DNA of 64,000 bases, from assembly GCA_021736385.1 (NCBI GenBank), contig JAIPFY010000001.1, forward strand, positions 9,457 to 73,456, in the 5' to 3' direction. The translations under genes and the position numbers were made by a program. This DNA is from Spirochaetia bacterium. GTDB taxonomy: Bacteria; Spirochaetota; Spirochaetia; CAKZLE01. The notes under the pieces were generated by a model that was not told the DNA's origin, ran no database searches, and saw only the letters and a list, made by a program, of their open reading frames with translations. Shown here piece after piece: positions 49,487 through 60,500 of this stretch. The first letter of the stretch is position 1; each line of letters opens with the position of its first letter.

Positions 49487-50308
49487 ATGAACCTGAAAGC
49501 ACACAAGATCATCGGGCTGCTGTTCGGCGGCGTAGGCATCCTGTCATTCATCATGAACTTCATCTCGACTTCCTTGAAGGTCGACCTTCGTGAGGGCGTC
49601 GGTTTCGACTGGTGGAACTACCCGACCCTGCTGTTCGGCTGTATGTTGGTCGCCATCTCGATCATCCCGAAGGAGTCGATCATCATCCGCTTCCCCAGAA
49701 GGACTGCCAGGATCAGCCTGGATGTCCTCAACCAGCGCTTCCAGTTCTTCATCATGCTGCTGATCACGACCTTCACAGCACTTGATAATCATCAGAGTCA
49801 GTATATGCTGCCGATGGTCATGATCGCAGGGCTCATGGGCATCAAGTACAGGATCTTTGCCAACAAGGGGCTGGTAGTGTTCGTCCTCTATTTCGCTGCG
49901 GTCGTCCAGTACTCTGCCTATGCAGAGAACATGATGATGAGAGGCTTGTTCGTCATCCTCTTCGCAGTCTTCTTCTTCGGGATCTCCCTGATCATGTTCT
50001 ATGATGAACTGGGCCGTTACCTGGCTCTCACCAAAAAATACCATACGCGACTGGTCGAGGTGGAGATGAAACTGGGAAAGATGCAGGGAGATACGCTCGA
50101 TCCTGCTGAGATGAAGTTCACCCCCAGAGAGACCGAGGTCCTCAAAGCTCTGTGCGAGAGCCGAGGGAGCAATCAGGAGATCGCCGATAAGCTGGGGATC
50201 AAGGAACAGACGGTGAAATCCCATATCAAGAACCTGTTCGATAAAGCGGGCGTCGATGACCGGCACCAGCTCATAGATCTCTTCCGCCATGCGTTCGTCA
50301 CCGATTGA
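49487..50308 (+). CDS. Membrane-anchored LuxR-type regulator (about six TM helices plus HTH)
   Basis: Hydrophobic N-terminal ~170 aa; FTPRETEVL...SNQEIADKLGIKEQTVKSHIKNLFDK. Confidence 0.88.
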   Translation: MNLKAHKIIGLLFGGVGILSFIMNFISTSLKVDLREGVGFDWWNYPTLLFGCMLVAISIIPKESIIIRFPRRTARISLDVLNQRFQFFIMLLITTFTALDNHQSQYMLPMVMIAGLMGIKYRIFANKGLVVFVLYFAAVVQYSAYAENMMMRGLFVILFAVFFFGISLIMFYDELGRYLALTKKYHTRLVEVEMKLGKMQGDTLDPAEMKFTPRETEVLKALCESRGSNQEIADKLGIKEQTVKSHIKNLFDKAGVDDRHQLIDLFRHAFVTD

Positions 50309-50338
50309 CAGTCAGACTCTCACCCCAGCACAGCCTCA

Positions 50339-50372
50339 CTGATCCCGCAGGACTCACCTTCTGCGGGATCAG
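50339..50372 (+). terminator. Hairpin after the LuxR gene
   Basis: CTGATCCCGCAGGA / TTCTGCGGGATCAG; weak U tract; a second hairpin lies at 50401-50428. Confidence 0.5.
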
Positions 50373-50427
50373 CACTTCTCTGATCATACTGAAGATACGA
50401 TGAGCTCTGTCTCTTCAGACAGAGCTC

Positions 50428-50477
50428 AAAAAAAGGCGTTCAACGGCACATAGAGAACTGAAAGCCGGTGAACGCCT
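50428..50477 (-). terminator. Intrinsic terminator of fucI
   Basis: Minus strand GGCGTTCACCGGC...GCCGTTGAACGCC followed by T7. Confidence 0.75.
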
Positions 50478-50494
50478 GGATAGAATACGATCTG

Positions 50495-52321
50495 TTATCT
50501 TCTTCCGTACATCGGTCCGAGCGCTTCGCAGGCCCGGTAGTCACTTCCTTCCCTGCCCATACCGAAGGCATTCCAGTAACTCGGTCGGAAGATGTCATCA
50601 GCTGCCACGTTGTGCATGTTCACCGGGATACGGAGCATGGCGCACAGGGTGATCAGGTCGGCACCGATATGGCCGTAGCTGACTGCACCATGATTGGCAC
50701 CCCAGTTGGCCATGACCTCATAGACATCCTTGAAAGCCCCATCGCTGCCGTCTACCCGTGGAACGAACCAGGTGGTCGGCCAGGTGGGATTGGTTCTCAG
50801 ATCGAGTTTGTCATGGACTTCAGCAGGGACATCGACCGTCCAGCCCTCTGCGATCTGCATGACAGGTCCCAGCCCCTTCACGATATTCAGCCGGGACATG
50901 GTCACCGGCATGCCGCCTTTTGAGAGAAAGTCCGATGAGTAACCGCCGCCTCTGAAGTACCCTGCATCTGCCGGACAGAACTCGACTGCATCGAGCGTCT
51001 TCTCCACGTCTTCAGGGGTGATCTCCCAGTAGGGCTTGATCGCCGGCTTACCCGCAGCATCGGTCATCTCTCCTGCCGCATCTAAGGTGGTAGAACCTGA
51101 ATTGATCAGGTGGATGAACCCATGAGCTGCAAGCCCTTCGGGCTTCCAGCCGGTGACCCGGGTGATCGCCTCGGGGCTCCAGTAGGTCCTGACATCAGAG
51201 AAGATCTGGGAGGTCCCGGTCAGCAGGTGACCGAAGAGCATGGAGATACCGTTGAGCGAGTCGTTCTCTGTAGCGAAGACGAACGCCTGACGTATGCCGT
51301 TCCAGTCAAAGGAGGTATTGAGCATGGTCTCCATGAAGTCACCGTTCGGCATGAAATCGGTCCAGGACCGCTGTCCCTGAAAGCCTGCAGCGATGGCATT
51401 CCTTCCGAGCGCCTCTTCCCCCCAGCCGATCTGTGCCAGTTTCGGGTTACCGATCATCAGGTCCCTGCCGATCATGACCATCTTGATCACATAGTCCCAG
51501 TCCGCATCGAGCTGCTCTCTCGTCCGCTTCTTGTCATCCGTGTTGTACAGATCAGCCTGCTCTGTGCAGTTGTCCTTCACCCAGGCTTTGGCAAGTTCGA
51601 ACTCATCCCGGTCATAGATCTCCTGCTCGACCCTTCGTGCGATCTCTGACATGTCGACCACTTCGGTCCTCATGCCCAGGTAGCTCTGCAGGACATCCTG
51701 ATCGACGATCGATCCTGCGATGCCCATGGAGCAGCCTCCGATCGAGAGGTAGGATTTCCCTCTCATGTGCGCGACTGCAAGTCCTGCACGTGCGAACCGC
51801 AGGATCTTCTCCTGTACATCGGCAGTGATCTGCGTATCATCAGAGTCCTGGACGTCCCGTCCGTAGATACCGAAGGCGGGGAGTCCCTTCTGTGAATGTG
51901 CGGCAAGGACCGCAGCAAGGAACACAGCGCCCGGCCGTTCAGTCCCGTTGAACCCCCACACCGCTTTTACCGTGGAGCTGTCCATATCCATGGTCTCCGA
52001 TCCATAGCACCAGCAGGGTGATACGGTCAGGGTCACGGCGACCTGCTCCTTTTCGAATTTGTCCTGACACAGAGCAGCCTCTGCCACCCCGCCGATGCAG
52101 CTGTCAGCGATCACACACTCCACAGGATGCCCTGAGGGGTGTCTCAGGTGTTCACTGATGAGAGCTGCCGCCCGCTGTGCCATCTGCATGGTCTGATCTT
52201 CCAGTGATTCCCTCACTCCCATCATCCTGCCATCGATGCAGGGTCTGATCCCTATTCTCGGCAGATCCCCACGCAGTCTGTACGTCGGTCCTGCTGTCTT
52301 GATATTTTTCACATTAGCCAC
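50495..52321 (-). CDS. fucI: L-fucose isomerase
   Basis: [49 protein letters not shown] start with SD AGGAGG. Confidence 0.96.
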   Translation of the reverse strand: MANVKNIKTAGPTYRLRGDLPRIGIRPCIDGRMMGVRESLEDQTMQMAQRAAALISEHLRHPSGHPVECVIADSCIGGVAEAALCQDKFEKEQVAVTLTVSPCWCYGSETMDMDSSTVKAVWGFNGTERPGAVFLAAVLAAHSQKGLPAFGIYGRDVQDSDDTQITADVQEKILRFARAGLAVAHMRGKSYLSIGGCSMGIAGSIVDQDVLQSYLGMRTEVVDMSEIARRVEQEIYDRDEFELAKAWVKDNCTEQADLYNTDDKKRTREQLDADWDYVIKMVMIGRDLMIGNPKLAQIGWGEEALGRNAIAAGFQGQRSWTDFMPNGDFMETMLNTSFDWNGIRQAFVFATENDSLNGISMLFGHLLTGTSQIFSDVRTYWSPEAITRVTGWKPEGLAAHGFIHLINSGSTTLDAAGEMTDAAGKPAIKPYWEITPEDVEKTLDAVEFCPADAGYFRGGGYSSDFLSKGGMPVTMSRLNIVKGLGPVMQIAEGWTVDVPAEVHDKLDLRTNPTWPTTWFVPRVDGSDGAFKDVYEVMANWGANHGAVSYGHIGADLITLCAMLRIPVNMHNVAADDIFRPSYWNAFGMGREGSDYRACEALGPMYGRR

Positions 52322-52352
52322 TAGTCGCCTCCTGTCTCGCATGGTATAATCG

Positions 52353-52380
52353 TGTAATCGATTACATGTAATCGATTACA
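52353..52380. promoter_or_regulatory. Two abutting LacI-type operators
   Basis: TGTAATCGATTACA repeated twice, each a perfect palindrome with central CG. Confidence 0.8.
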
Positions 52381-52408
52381 TTATGTCATGACTCGAGTCT
52401 GAGCGCAA
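52380..52408 (-). promoter_or_regulatory. Promoter of fucI
   Basis: TTGCGC-N17-CATAAT directly upstream of the operators. Confidence 0.6.
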
Positions 52409-52457
52409 GAGCTATTCGTTCATTAATTTCTGCATGCTACACGAAACGGAGGTCACC

Positions 52458-52895
52458 ATGCTGAAGAAGATCCCTGCCATACTCTCTCCCGAACTGCTGA
52501 AGATCCTCATGGAGATGGGCCATGGTGATGAGATCGTCATCGGGGACGGGAACTTCCCGTCTGCAGCATATGCACGGCGCCTTGTCCGCCTCGATGGACA
52601 CGGGGTCCCTGAGATCCTTGATGCGGTCCTTGCACTGATGCCTCTGGATACGTATAGTGACAAACAGGCATGGCTGATGGAGGTCGTCCCGGGAGACCCC
52701 TGCGGAAGACCGGAGATCTGGGATACCTACAGCAGGATCACCAGAGTCCATGAGCAGCACTTCACCGACTTCGGTTCGATCGAGCGGTTCGCCTTCTATG
52801 AACGGGCGAAGCAGGCTTATGCGATCATCGCAAGCGGAGAGAAGGCCATCTATGCCAATATCATACTGCGAAAGGGTGTTGTCAGCGAACCATGA
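52458..52895 (+). CDS. fucU: L-fucose mutarotase (RbsD/FucU family)
   Basis: MGHGDEIVIGDGNFP, ERFAFYE, YANIILRKGV; SD GGAGG. Confidence 0.93.
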   Translation: MLKKIPAILSPELLKILMEMGHGDEIVIGDGNFPSAAYARRLVRLDGHGVPEILDAVLALMPLDTYSDKQAWLMEVVPGDPCGRPEIWDTYSRITRVHEQHFTDFGSIERFAFYERAKQAYAIIASGEKAIYANIILRKGVVSEP

Positions 52896-53884
52896 AACGA
52901 ACACAGGGTGTCACGATCAAAGATATAGCACGAAAGGCCGGAGTCTCAACGGCAACGGTCTCACGGGTGATCAATGGTGATACCAAGGTCTCTGAGAAGA
53001 CCAGAGAACTGGTGGACAGCTGCCTCAGGGAGACCGGGTACCGGGTCAATCCCATCGCCCGCTCCCTGAGGTCAAAAAGGACCCATACCATCGGGATCCT
53101 TGCTCCTGAGTTCCAGAATGATTTCTTCATGGCGGTAGCCGAGGGGATCGAGGAGGTACTGCGGACCAAAGGCTATACCACCTTCATCGTGAACTCCCAC
53201 GAAGACCCCGTGGAAGAGGAGGCTCGAGTACAGCTGCTGATCGAGAAGCAGGTGGACGGGGCGATCATCATCCCTGCGGCCCATACCGGTCCCTACTTCA
53301 CGACTCTGCGGGACCGGGGCATACCCTACGTCCTGGTCGACCGCCTCATCGAGGGGATGGACGAGGATGCAGTACTTACCGATAACCGCAAGGGAGCTTT
53401 TTCTGCAGTCGAGGCCTGTATCCTGGCCGGGGCCCGGAAGGTAGCCTTCATCGGAGGGGATCCTGCGCTCACCCCGGCAAAAGAACGGTTCGAAGGCTAC
53501 TGTGAAGCCATGAGCACCTACGGACTGGAACTCGATGACCGGTTGATCCATCAGGGGGACATGCACATCAGGAGCGGATATGATGCCACCAGGGCGATCC
53601 TTGAGCAGGATCCGTCGATCAGGTTCCTGTTCATCATCAACCTGTTCATGCGCATCGGCGCTGAGCAGTACCTTGCCGAACATCCTGAACATGGGGACCT
53701 CCAGATCGCGGCCTTTGACTTCTCACCGATCTCTTCCCTGTTCGATCATGCCTTTGCCACCGTCAGGCAGCCTCTGGAACAGATCGGCACCACGGCAGCA
53801 AACCTGCTGCTCAAACGCATCGAACATGCGGATCTGCCCTTTCCTCAAGTCTGTCGTCTGACAGGCGAGCTGGTCATGCACTGA
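52892..53884 (+). CDS. LacI-family repressor
   Basis: TIKDIARKAGVSTATVSRVIN. Confidence 0.95.
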   Translation: MKRTQGVTIKDIARKAGVSTATVSRVINGDTKVSEKTRELVDSCLRETGYRVNPIARSLRSKRTHTIGILAPEFQNDFFMAVAEGIEEVLRTKGYTTFIVNSHEDPVEEEARVQLLIEKQVDGAIIIPAAHTGPYFTTLRDRGIPYVLVDRLIEGMDEDAVLTDNRKGAFSAVEACILAGARKVAFIGGDPALTPAKERFEGYCEAMSTYGLELDDRLIHQGDMHIRSGYDATRAILEQDPSIRFLFIINLFMRIGAEQYLAEHPEHGDLQIAAFDFSPISSLFDHAFATVRQPLEQIGTTAANLLLKRIEHADLPFPQVCRLTGELVMH

Positions 53885-53995
53885 GGACCGTACCGGCTGA
53901 TCCCATGATCCTTGACCTGTGCCCCGTTCACCCCTATCTTAGGGACAACAGGGTATCTGATTCCCTCACTACACTACGATTCCAAGGAGTTTCAC

Positions 53996-55195
53996 ATGAA
54001 CGAGCATGCAGATCTGCCGAGTTTCGATGTCCATATCCCGACACGGGTCCTCTTCGGAGCAGGAAGACTGAAGGAGCTGGGAGTCGTCCCGCTCTATGGT
54101 AAGAAGGCTCTGATCGTGATCAGCAGCGGGAGCTCCATGCGCAGGTTCGGCTATCTCAAGCAGGTACAGGATCTGCTTGGATCACGGGGGATAGACTCGG
54201 TGGTGTTTGACAGGATCCTTCCCAATCCGATCCTCGATCATGTCACGCAGGGGGCTCAGCTAGCCCGGGAACAGCACTGCGACTTCGTCATCGGTCTGGG
54301 CGGGGGCAGCAGCATCGACTCGGCAAAGAGCATCGCCCTGATGGCTCAGAATCCTGGGAACTACTGGGATTATATTCACGGGGGGTCGGGTAAGGGAGCA
54401 CCGGTGCCCAACGGGGCCCTGCCGATCGTGGCTATCACCACCACCGCCGGGACAGGGACCGAAGTGGACCCCTGGACGGTGATCACCAGGCCCGAGACCA
54501 ATGAGAAGATCGGCTTCGGCATACCTGAGACCTTCCCGAAACTTGCGATCGTAGATCCTGAGTTGATGCTCTCGGTACCAAGCGATATGACGCTCTACCA
54601 GGGGTTCGACGCCTTCTTTCATGCTGCAGAGGGCTTCATCGCGACAGCAGCCTCCCCGGTAAGCGACCTGTTCGCAGCACGGAGCATGCAGCTGCTCCAG
54701 AAGAGTCTCGCTGCAGCGGTACGCGACGGTTCGGATCTGCAGGCGCGCACTGATGTCGCTCTTGCCAACACCCTCTCGGGGTTCGTCGAATCCACCTCCA
54801 GCTGCACCTCCGAACATTCACTCGAACATGCCCTTTCAGCATTCCATCCGAACATCCCCCACGGTGCAGGGCTGATCATGCTCTCAGAGGCCTATTTCTC
54901 ACTGTTCTCCGAGAAGATCCCCGACCGATTCATCGAGCTTGGCCGGATCATGGGTATGGATGTGGATCAGGCTGAGGTATCAGAGCGTCCGAAGCTGTTC
55001 GTGAAGGCACTCAGAGCGATGATCAGAGCGTGCGGCGCCGATACGCTGAAGATGTCTGACTTCGGCATCCGGGAGGATGAACTCGAGGTGCTCGCCGCCA
55101 ATGCACGGGAGACGATGGGGGGGCTCTTCTCCATGGATCGCTATGCCCTCTCAGACGCTGAATGTGTCGAACTGCTGCGCCGTTCCTATCGCTGA
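53996..55195 (+). CDS. Iron-containing alcohol dehydrogenase
   Basis: GGGSSID, TTTAGTGTE, DAFFH, HSLEH, HGAG; start MNEHAD with SD AAGGAG. Confidence 0.92.
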   Translation: MNEHADLPSFDVHIPTRVLFGAGRLKELGVVPLYGKKALIVISSGSSMRRFGYLKQVQDLLGSRGIDSVVFDRILPNPILDHVTQGAQLAREQHCDFVIGLGGGSSIDSAKSIALMAQNPGNYWDYIHGGSGKGAPVPNGALPIVAITTTAGTGTEVDPWTVITRPETNEKIGFGIPETFPKLAIVDPELMLSVPSDMTLYQGFDAFFHAAEGFIATAASPVSDLFAARSMQLLQKSLAAAVRDGSDLQARTDVALANTLSGFVESTSSCTSEHSLEHALSAFHPNIPHGAGLIMLSEAYFSLFSEKIPDRFIELGRIMGMDVDQAEVSERPKLFVKALRAMIRACGADTLKMSDFGIREDELEVLAANARETMGGLFSMDRYALSDAECVELLRRSYR

Positions 55196-55200
55196 TCATC

Positions 55201-55244
55201 CCGGCACCTCGATGCTGGAGCATCACCCATCGAGGTGCCGGTTT
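55201..55244 (+). terminator. Intrinsic terminator
   Basis: 14-bp stem CCGGCACCTCGATG/CATCGAGGTGCCGG then TTT. Confidence 0.65.
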
Positions 55245-55305
55245 ATGGGTCTGAACCAGCTGAAACCCCTTGCACAGCGCTGCAGCCTCATATTATCATG
55301 GGTGT

Positions 55306-56157
55306 ATGACAGCATTGACTCTATCACTGGCCGTACTGATCATCTCCATCATCCTCTGCTTCACTGCAGGGCTGATCACCCGTAACTACTCGCAGGTCGA
55401 CCGGCTCTGGTCGATCCTTCCGGTAGTCTATGCAGGGATCTGGCTTCCCACCTACAGCTCCAATCCCCGATACCTCATCGCATCGGCACTGGTGCTGCTG
55501 TGGGGGACCCGGCTGACAGTGAACTTCGCACTCAAGGGCGGGTATGCCTTCTCGTTCAGGAAGGGGTTCACCGGTGAGGATTATCGATGGGACTATCTGC
55601 AGCAGAAGATCGGCAGCAGGCTACGCTTCGAGCTCTTCAACCTGCTGTTCATCAGCACCTATCAGCTGGTGCTGATCTTCCTGTTCACCTACCCGCTCTA
55701 TCACTACGGCAGGATCACTGGCAGCATCACACGTACTGAGTACGTCCTCTATGCACTGCATGCACTGCTGCTGCTCTCAGAGACGATCTCTGACAGCCAG
55801 CAGCTGCGGTTCTACCGACGGAAGGATGCGAGCCCCTGGTCCGAGCTTCACCGATACCAACTGGGATTCAATACCTTCGGGTTCTGGAAGTACTCAAGAC
55901 ATCCGAACTATGTGTGTGAGATCGGGCAATGGGTCATCGTATACCTCTATCTGGCTGCTGCATCCGGGACACACCACTGGAGTATGGCCGGAGCACTGCT
56001 GCTCATGGGGCTCTTTGCCGGAAGCACCGCGTTCACCGAGCGGATCACTTCAGGTAAATACCCTGAATACGTACGATGGCGGCAGATGACGTCAGTCTGG
56101 ATCCCCTTCATCAGAGCAGTCCGCAGCAGAGAAGAGCGCAGGGAGTTCCTCAGCTGA
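55306..56157 (+). CDS. DUF1295 / steroid 5-alpha-reductase-like membrane protein
   Basis: NYSQVDRLWS, WGTRLT.N, EDYRW, YSRHPNY. Confidence 0.88.
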   Translation: MTALTLSLAVLIISIILCFTAGLITRNYSQVDRLWSILPVVYAGIWLPTYSSNPRYLIASALVLLWGTRLTVNFALKGGYAFSFRKGFTGEDYRWDYLQQKIGSRLRFELFNLLFISTYQLVLIFLFTYPLYHYGRITGSITRTEYVLYALHALLLLSETISDSQQLRFYRRKDASPWSELHRYQLGFNTFGFWKYSRHPNYVCEIGQWVIVYLYLAAASGTHHWSMAGALLLMGLFAGSTAFTERITSGKYPEYVRWRQMTSVWIPFIRAVRSREERREFLS

Positions 56158-56250
56158 CTACCGTGCACAGGATCCCGGAAGCTCTTCCTTCTTCAACCCC
56201 TTGAAGACCGTATTGACCTCGTTCCGGTCCAGACCGGATGCATCGGCACT

Positions 56251-57213
56251 TCAGGCTCTGGCAGCTTCCATGAAAGCTGTCACATTCTCCTCAGGTGTGG
56301 CGAGGGGAAGATCACAGCCGGAGCTGAGGATCACATTGTCATGTCCCTGAAGCCGCTGCCTGAGATCAGCTACCATCTGTCTCACCTCTTGTGGGGTGGA
56401 ACTCAAGAAGCACCTGACCGGATCAAGATTGCCTATCAGTGCTACATCCTTCGGGATCCTCTCAAGACATGCCGCCATATCGACCTGCCAGTCGATGCTC
56501 AACCCGGCTGCCCCGGTAGCTCCCATCGCCTCGATCAGGTGTGTGGTATCACCGCAGATATGGAGGATCAGCGGCTTGTCCCCTGTCTGTGAGAGGATCT
56601 GCCTGAAGGGTGCAGCTGAGAACTCTTCGAACTGGCTCGGGGAGATCATCATGGCAGTCGGTTCCAGGACGGAGACCACATCGGCACCGGCATCGAACAG
56701 GGCTTGAGTATAGGCAGTGATCACTTCGACCGAAAGCTCGAGGCAGGCATGCACCAGGGAAGGATCGAGGATGGTGTTCATCGTCAGGTCATTGACACCC
56801 ATGAGCTCCCCTGCAAGGGTGAACGGACCGATGACGTGAGCTCCTATGATGATATCGCAGGCAGAGGAGAGCCTTCTGACCACATCGACGAAGACCGGCA
56901 TCCTGCCGCACAGGCCGTTCCACTGCGCCCGTACCCGTGCGATATCATCAAGATCGGCAACACTGTGTACCAGGACTGCCGGGGTCTCCTGTTCCTCCTG
57001 AGAGATCTGCATCCCCAGCGCTTCAGCCTCCACGGTAAGATCCATCATGGTAAAGATCCCGTCCGGCTGGTACCGCTCGATGAGAGTGCTCAAGGTGTCG
57101 AACTGGGTCTGTGCATCGGTCAGATTCTCTCTCACGGTGGTCCCGGTATGGGGGATCCCATTGACCCCCATGAGCGGGATGACCAGATCCTTCTTGTTCA
57201 GCAGCACATTCAT
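56251..57213 (-). CDS. MtaA/CmuA-like methylcobamide methyltransferase (URO-D fold)
   Basis: DLTVEAEALG, GPFTLA, Zn ligands LHICG and SSGCD, GNLDP; SD AGGAGG. Confidence 0.85.
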   Translation of the reverse strand: MNVLLNKKDLVIPLMGVNGIPHTGTTVRENLTDAQTQFDTLSTLIERYQPDGIFTMMDLTVEAEALGMQISQEEQETPAVLVHSVADLDDIARVRAQWNGLCGRMPVFVDVVRRLSSACDIIIGAHVIGPFTLAGELMGVNDLTMNTILDPSLVHACLELSVEVITAYTQALFDAGADVVSVLEPTAMMISPSQFEEFSAAPFRQILSQTGDKPLILHICGDTTHLIEAMGATGAAGLSIDWQVDMAACLERIPKDVALIGNLDPVRCFLSSTPQEVRQMVADLRQRLQGHDNVILSSGCDLPLATPEENVTAFMEAARA

Positions 57214-57540
57214 GGCTTCACTCCTCCTGTTATTGTCATATGCCAATAGTATACGACACTTCTTCAGCGAAGTTTATCCGTATCATTCACGTTATTGGAT
57301 TATCTTATGATATTCACAGGAAAGAGAGCCGCCGCAGCACCTTCAGAGGAGTGATGGCAAGAAGTGTCATCCAGGCAGGGCAGTACCACCTCGCAGGAGG
57401 AAGGACCAAGGGACCCATTGAGGGGAGTGGTCGGAGGCACAGACCCCGTCATACCGCAGCTGAGAGGACCACTCTAGCGACAGATCTTCCCATGCATCCT
57501 CTCACCTGTCCCGCGCTCATAGCAACGCTGATCCGACCTC

Positions 57541-60500
57541 TCAGGCCTCCAGGGCAGATCGTATCTGGCTGAGCAGATCATGGGAGGTATAGGGTTTCTG
57601 CAGCAGTCTCAGCCCCTCATTGAGTACGAAGTTCGTATGTACGGCGTGTTCGCTGTATCCGGTAGCGAAGATGACCGGGACGTCTGCCCGTATACGGCAG
57701 ATATGCTCATAGGCCTCTTCACCTCCCATCCCCGGCATCATGACATCCAGCAGGAGCAGAGAGACGGTATCAGTGTGCTGTTCGAAGAGCAGGAGGGCCT
57801 CCTCCCCGTCGTTTGCCAGCAGCACCGTATACCCTGCCCGCTCCAGGATCCTGAGGACCAGACGCTGCACACCGGCATCATCTTCAGCCACCAGGATCGT
57901 CTCACTGCCCCCTGCGGCCGCCTCAACAGAAGGCTGTTCTGATGACTCGGTCATCTGTTCACTTCTGGGGTAGAAGGTATTGATCACCGTCCCCTTCCCC
58001 GGTTCACTGTATGCACTGATCACCCCGTCATGCTGCTTGACGATCCCGTAGACCGTCGAGAGGCCCAGCCCCGTCCCCTGATCGGCACTCTTCGTGGTAA
58101 AGAACGGCTCAAAGATCTGTTCCCTGATCTCCTCGGTCATACCGATACCGTTATCAGAGATCGAGAGACGGACGAAGTCCCCCGGCTTTGCCCAGGGATG
58201 GACAGCACAGAAATCCTGATCGATCGTGACATTGGAAGTCTCGATCGTGATGATCCCGCCTGTGGTGATGGCATCCCGTGCGTTCACGCAGAGATTCACC
58301 AGGACCTGCTCCATCATACTGATGTCGGCATCGATCGTACCAAGATCTGCAGAGGGGTACCACTCAAGGCTAATATGTTCACCGATGACCCGGGTAAGCA
58401 TGTTCTTCAGATTCTCGATGACCACATTGAGATCCAGCGGCTGAGGCTTGAGGATCTGACGCCGACTGAAGGTGAGCAGCTGTCTGGTCAGAGCAGAAGC
58501 CCGTTCTCCGCAGGCATAGATCTCTGTCAGCCCCTCGGTGAGCTCCCCTGCAGGAGGTGCATCAAGCATCAGCAGCTGCGTATACCCCATGATCGCCTGC
58601 AGGATGTTGTTGAAATCATGTGCGATCCCGCCTGCCAGCTGTCCGACCGCTTCCATCTTCTGGGACTGCCTGAGCTGGGCACTGAGAGCGTGCTGACGTG
58701 CTTCGTACTGTTTCTCCTGTACCAGCAGCCCGATGAGTCGTGCGGTATCTGCAAGGCGTCTCTTTGCCATGGCTATGATGTAGGGAGGACGTGATGCATA
58801 GGCTGCAGCTTCCCTGAAGACATCGTTCCTGTCGATGCCGTACCGCTGAGCGATCACGATCTGCTCACTCTGCAGCACAGGAGGGTCTCCGTACCCGAAG
58901 TTGATCGCACCGATGACCTGTCCTTCGCTGAAGATCGGCAGGGCATAGAGGTGCAGCCCGCCGCTGCAGATGATGTCGACCGGCCCTTCGGTCTCTATCG
59001 CCCGCTTCGAGCAGTCATTCCAGCATGATTCATGACAGAGCCACTTGCCCGAGAGCAGAGCAGCACGATTGTCATCGGTATCACAGAGCTCCCGGGAGGC
59101 CTGATCGGCCATCCGGCACCAGCCGGATTCGAAGATGCCCATGGCATAGTCCCCATTGAGTTCATAGATCGCAGAGGAGGTTCCCAGCAGATCCATATAG
59201 TCTGCAGCAAGGTTCCTCAGAGTCTCTCTGTCGATACTGTGTCGGATCAGACCCGACTCATTGAGTTCCGTCAGATCCCCGTAGCCCTGATCACGATCAC
59301 TCGTCACATGGGCAAGATCACCCGGCAGCTGGGGAGAGAGCATCCATGCTATCCGTTTGAGTTCATCCTGCGTGCTCCGGTGTTCTGTCTCCCGCCATAC
59401 CGACTCCATCAGCAGCTGCAGCTGCAGCAGATCCTCCTGCCCATAGGGATCCTGTCTGTTGGCTACGCCCACCACCGCCACTATCTGCTCATCAATGATG
59501 ACCGGGGCGGTCATATAGCGGGAGAGCTGCACGTGACCTTCTGGGATCCCCTTCTTCAAGGGGTTCTCTGCTCCATAGTCGTTCACGATGAAGGCTTTGC
59601 GCTGACGCACCGCCTCCCCCCACAATCCTGTGTGCTTCAGGTCATAGCGGGTCTTGGGGTCAAGCACTTCACACTCTTCCATGACCTTTCCTGACCAGGT
59701 ATCGAGAACGAACTCTTCCCGGTCTTCATGGTAGTAGTAGATATAGCCGATGGTACTCTCTGTCAGCTCTATCGCTTCCTCAAGGGCGAACTTGAGGAAC
59801 TCTCTCGTGGTCCTGGCAGGATGTTCGAGGATTCGTACCAGAGTCTGCAGACGCTGCTCGTTCTTCGCTTGAGAGGCCTCAAGTGCGATCCTCTCAGAGA
59901 CATCACGGATGATCCCCCCGAGATTGAACTTCCCTGATTCAAGCTGCATGGTGAATTTCGTGGATTCGAAGATCCCCTGTCCATCTCGTTCGAGCGCCAC
60001 CACCGCAGAGGGGCTGCTCATGGCCTCAAGATCGGTCTTCCTGCATGCATCGGCGAACACGGGATCGAAGATCTCGTAGTCGGTCTTCCCGATGACTTCA
60101 CTTCGCTCTTTTCCCAGGAACTGGAGCAGTGCATCATTGGCGATGGTGTATCGAAGCTGCTCATCCTTGACGAAGATAAGATCACCATGGGTATTAATGA
60201 ACTCATCATACAGGCGTTCACTGGCAAGCAGCTTCTTCCTGCTGATGTCTGCCTGCAGCGCAAGAGTCAACAGGTTCGCTATCCCGTCGGTGATCGTCCG
60301 TTCATGTTCATGGTAGCCATCGGCGCTGCCGATGAGACAGATCACCCCTATGTTCAGACCTGAAGCATGGAGCGGGACTATCAGGAGAGATCCATCGTTC
60401 TTCAGGCCTCCCTGAACCTCTGTCCGTACCTCTGCAGCCTGCCTGCAGACCGGCGTACCCGATGCGAGTACCGAATCGATATGAGGGAGCAGACCGGGAG

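Noticed and set aside
53996..55195. Naming the Fe-ADH as fucO
   Set aside because: Only proximity supports it; motifs do not identify the substrate
57240..57572. 110-aa + strand intergenic ORF
   Set aside because: Overlaps both flanking genes, no SD, unprotein-like composition
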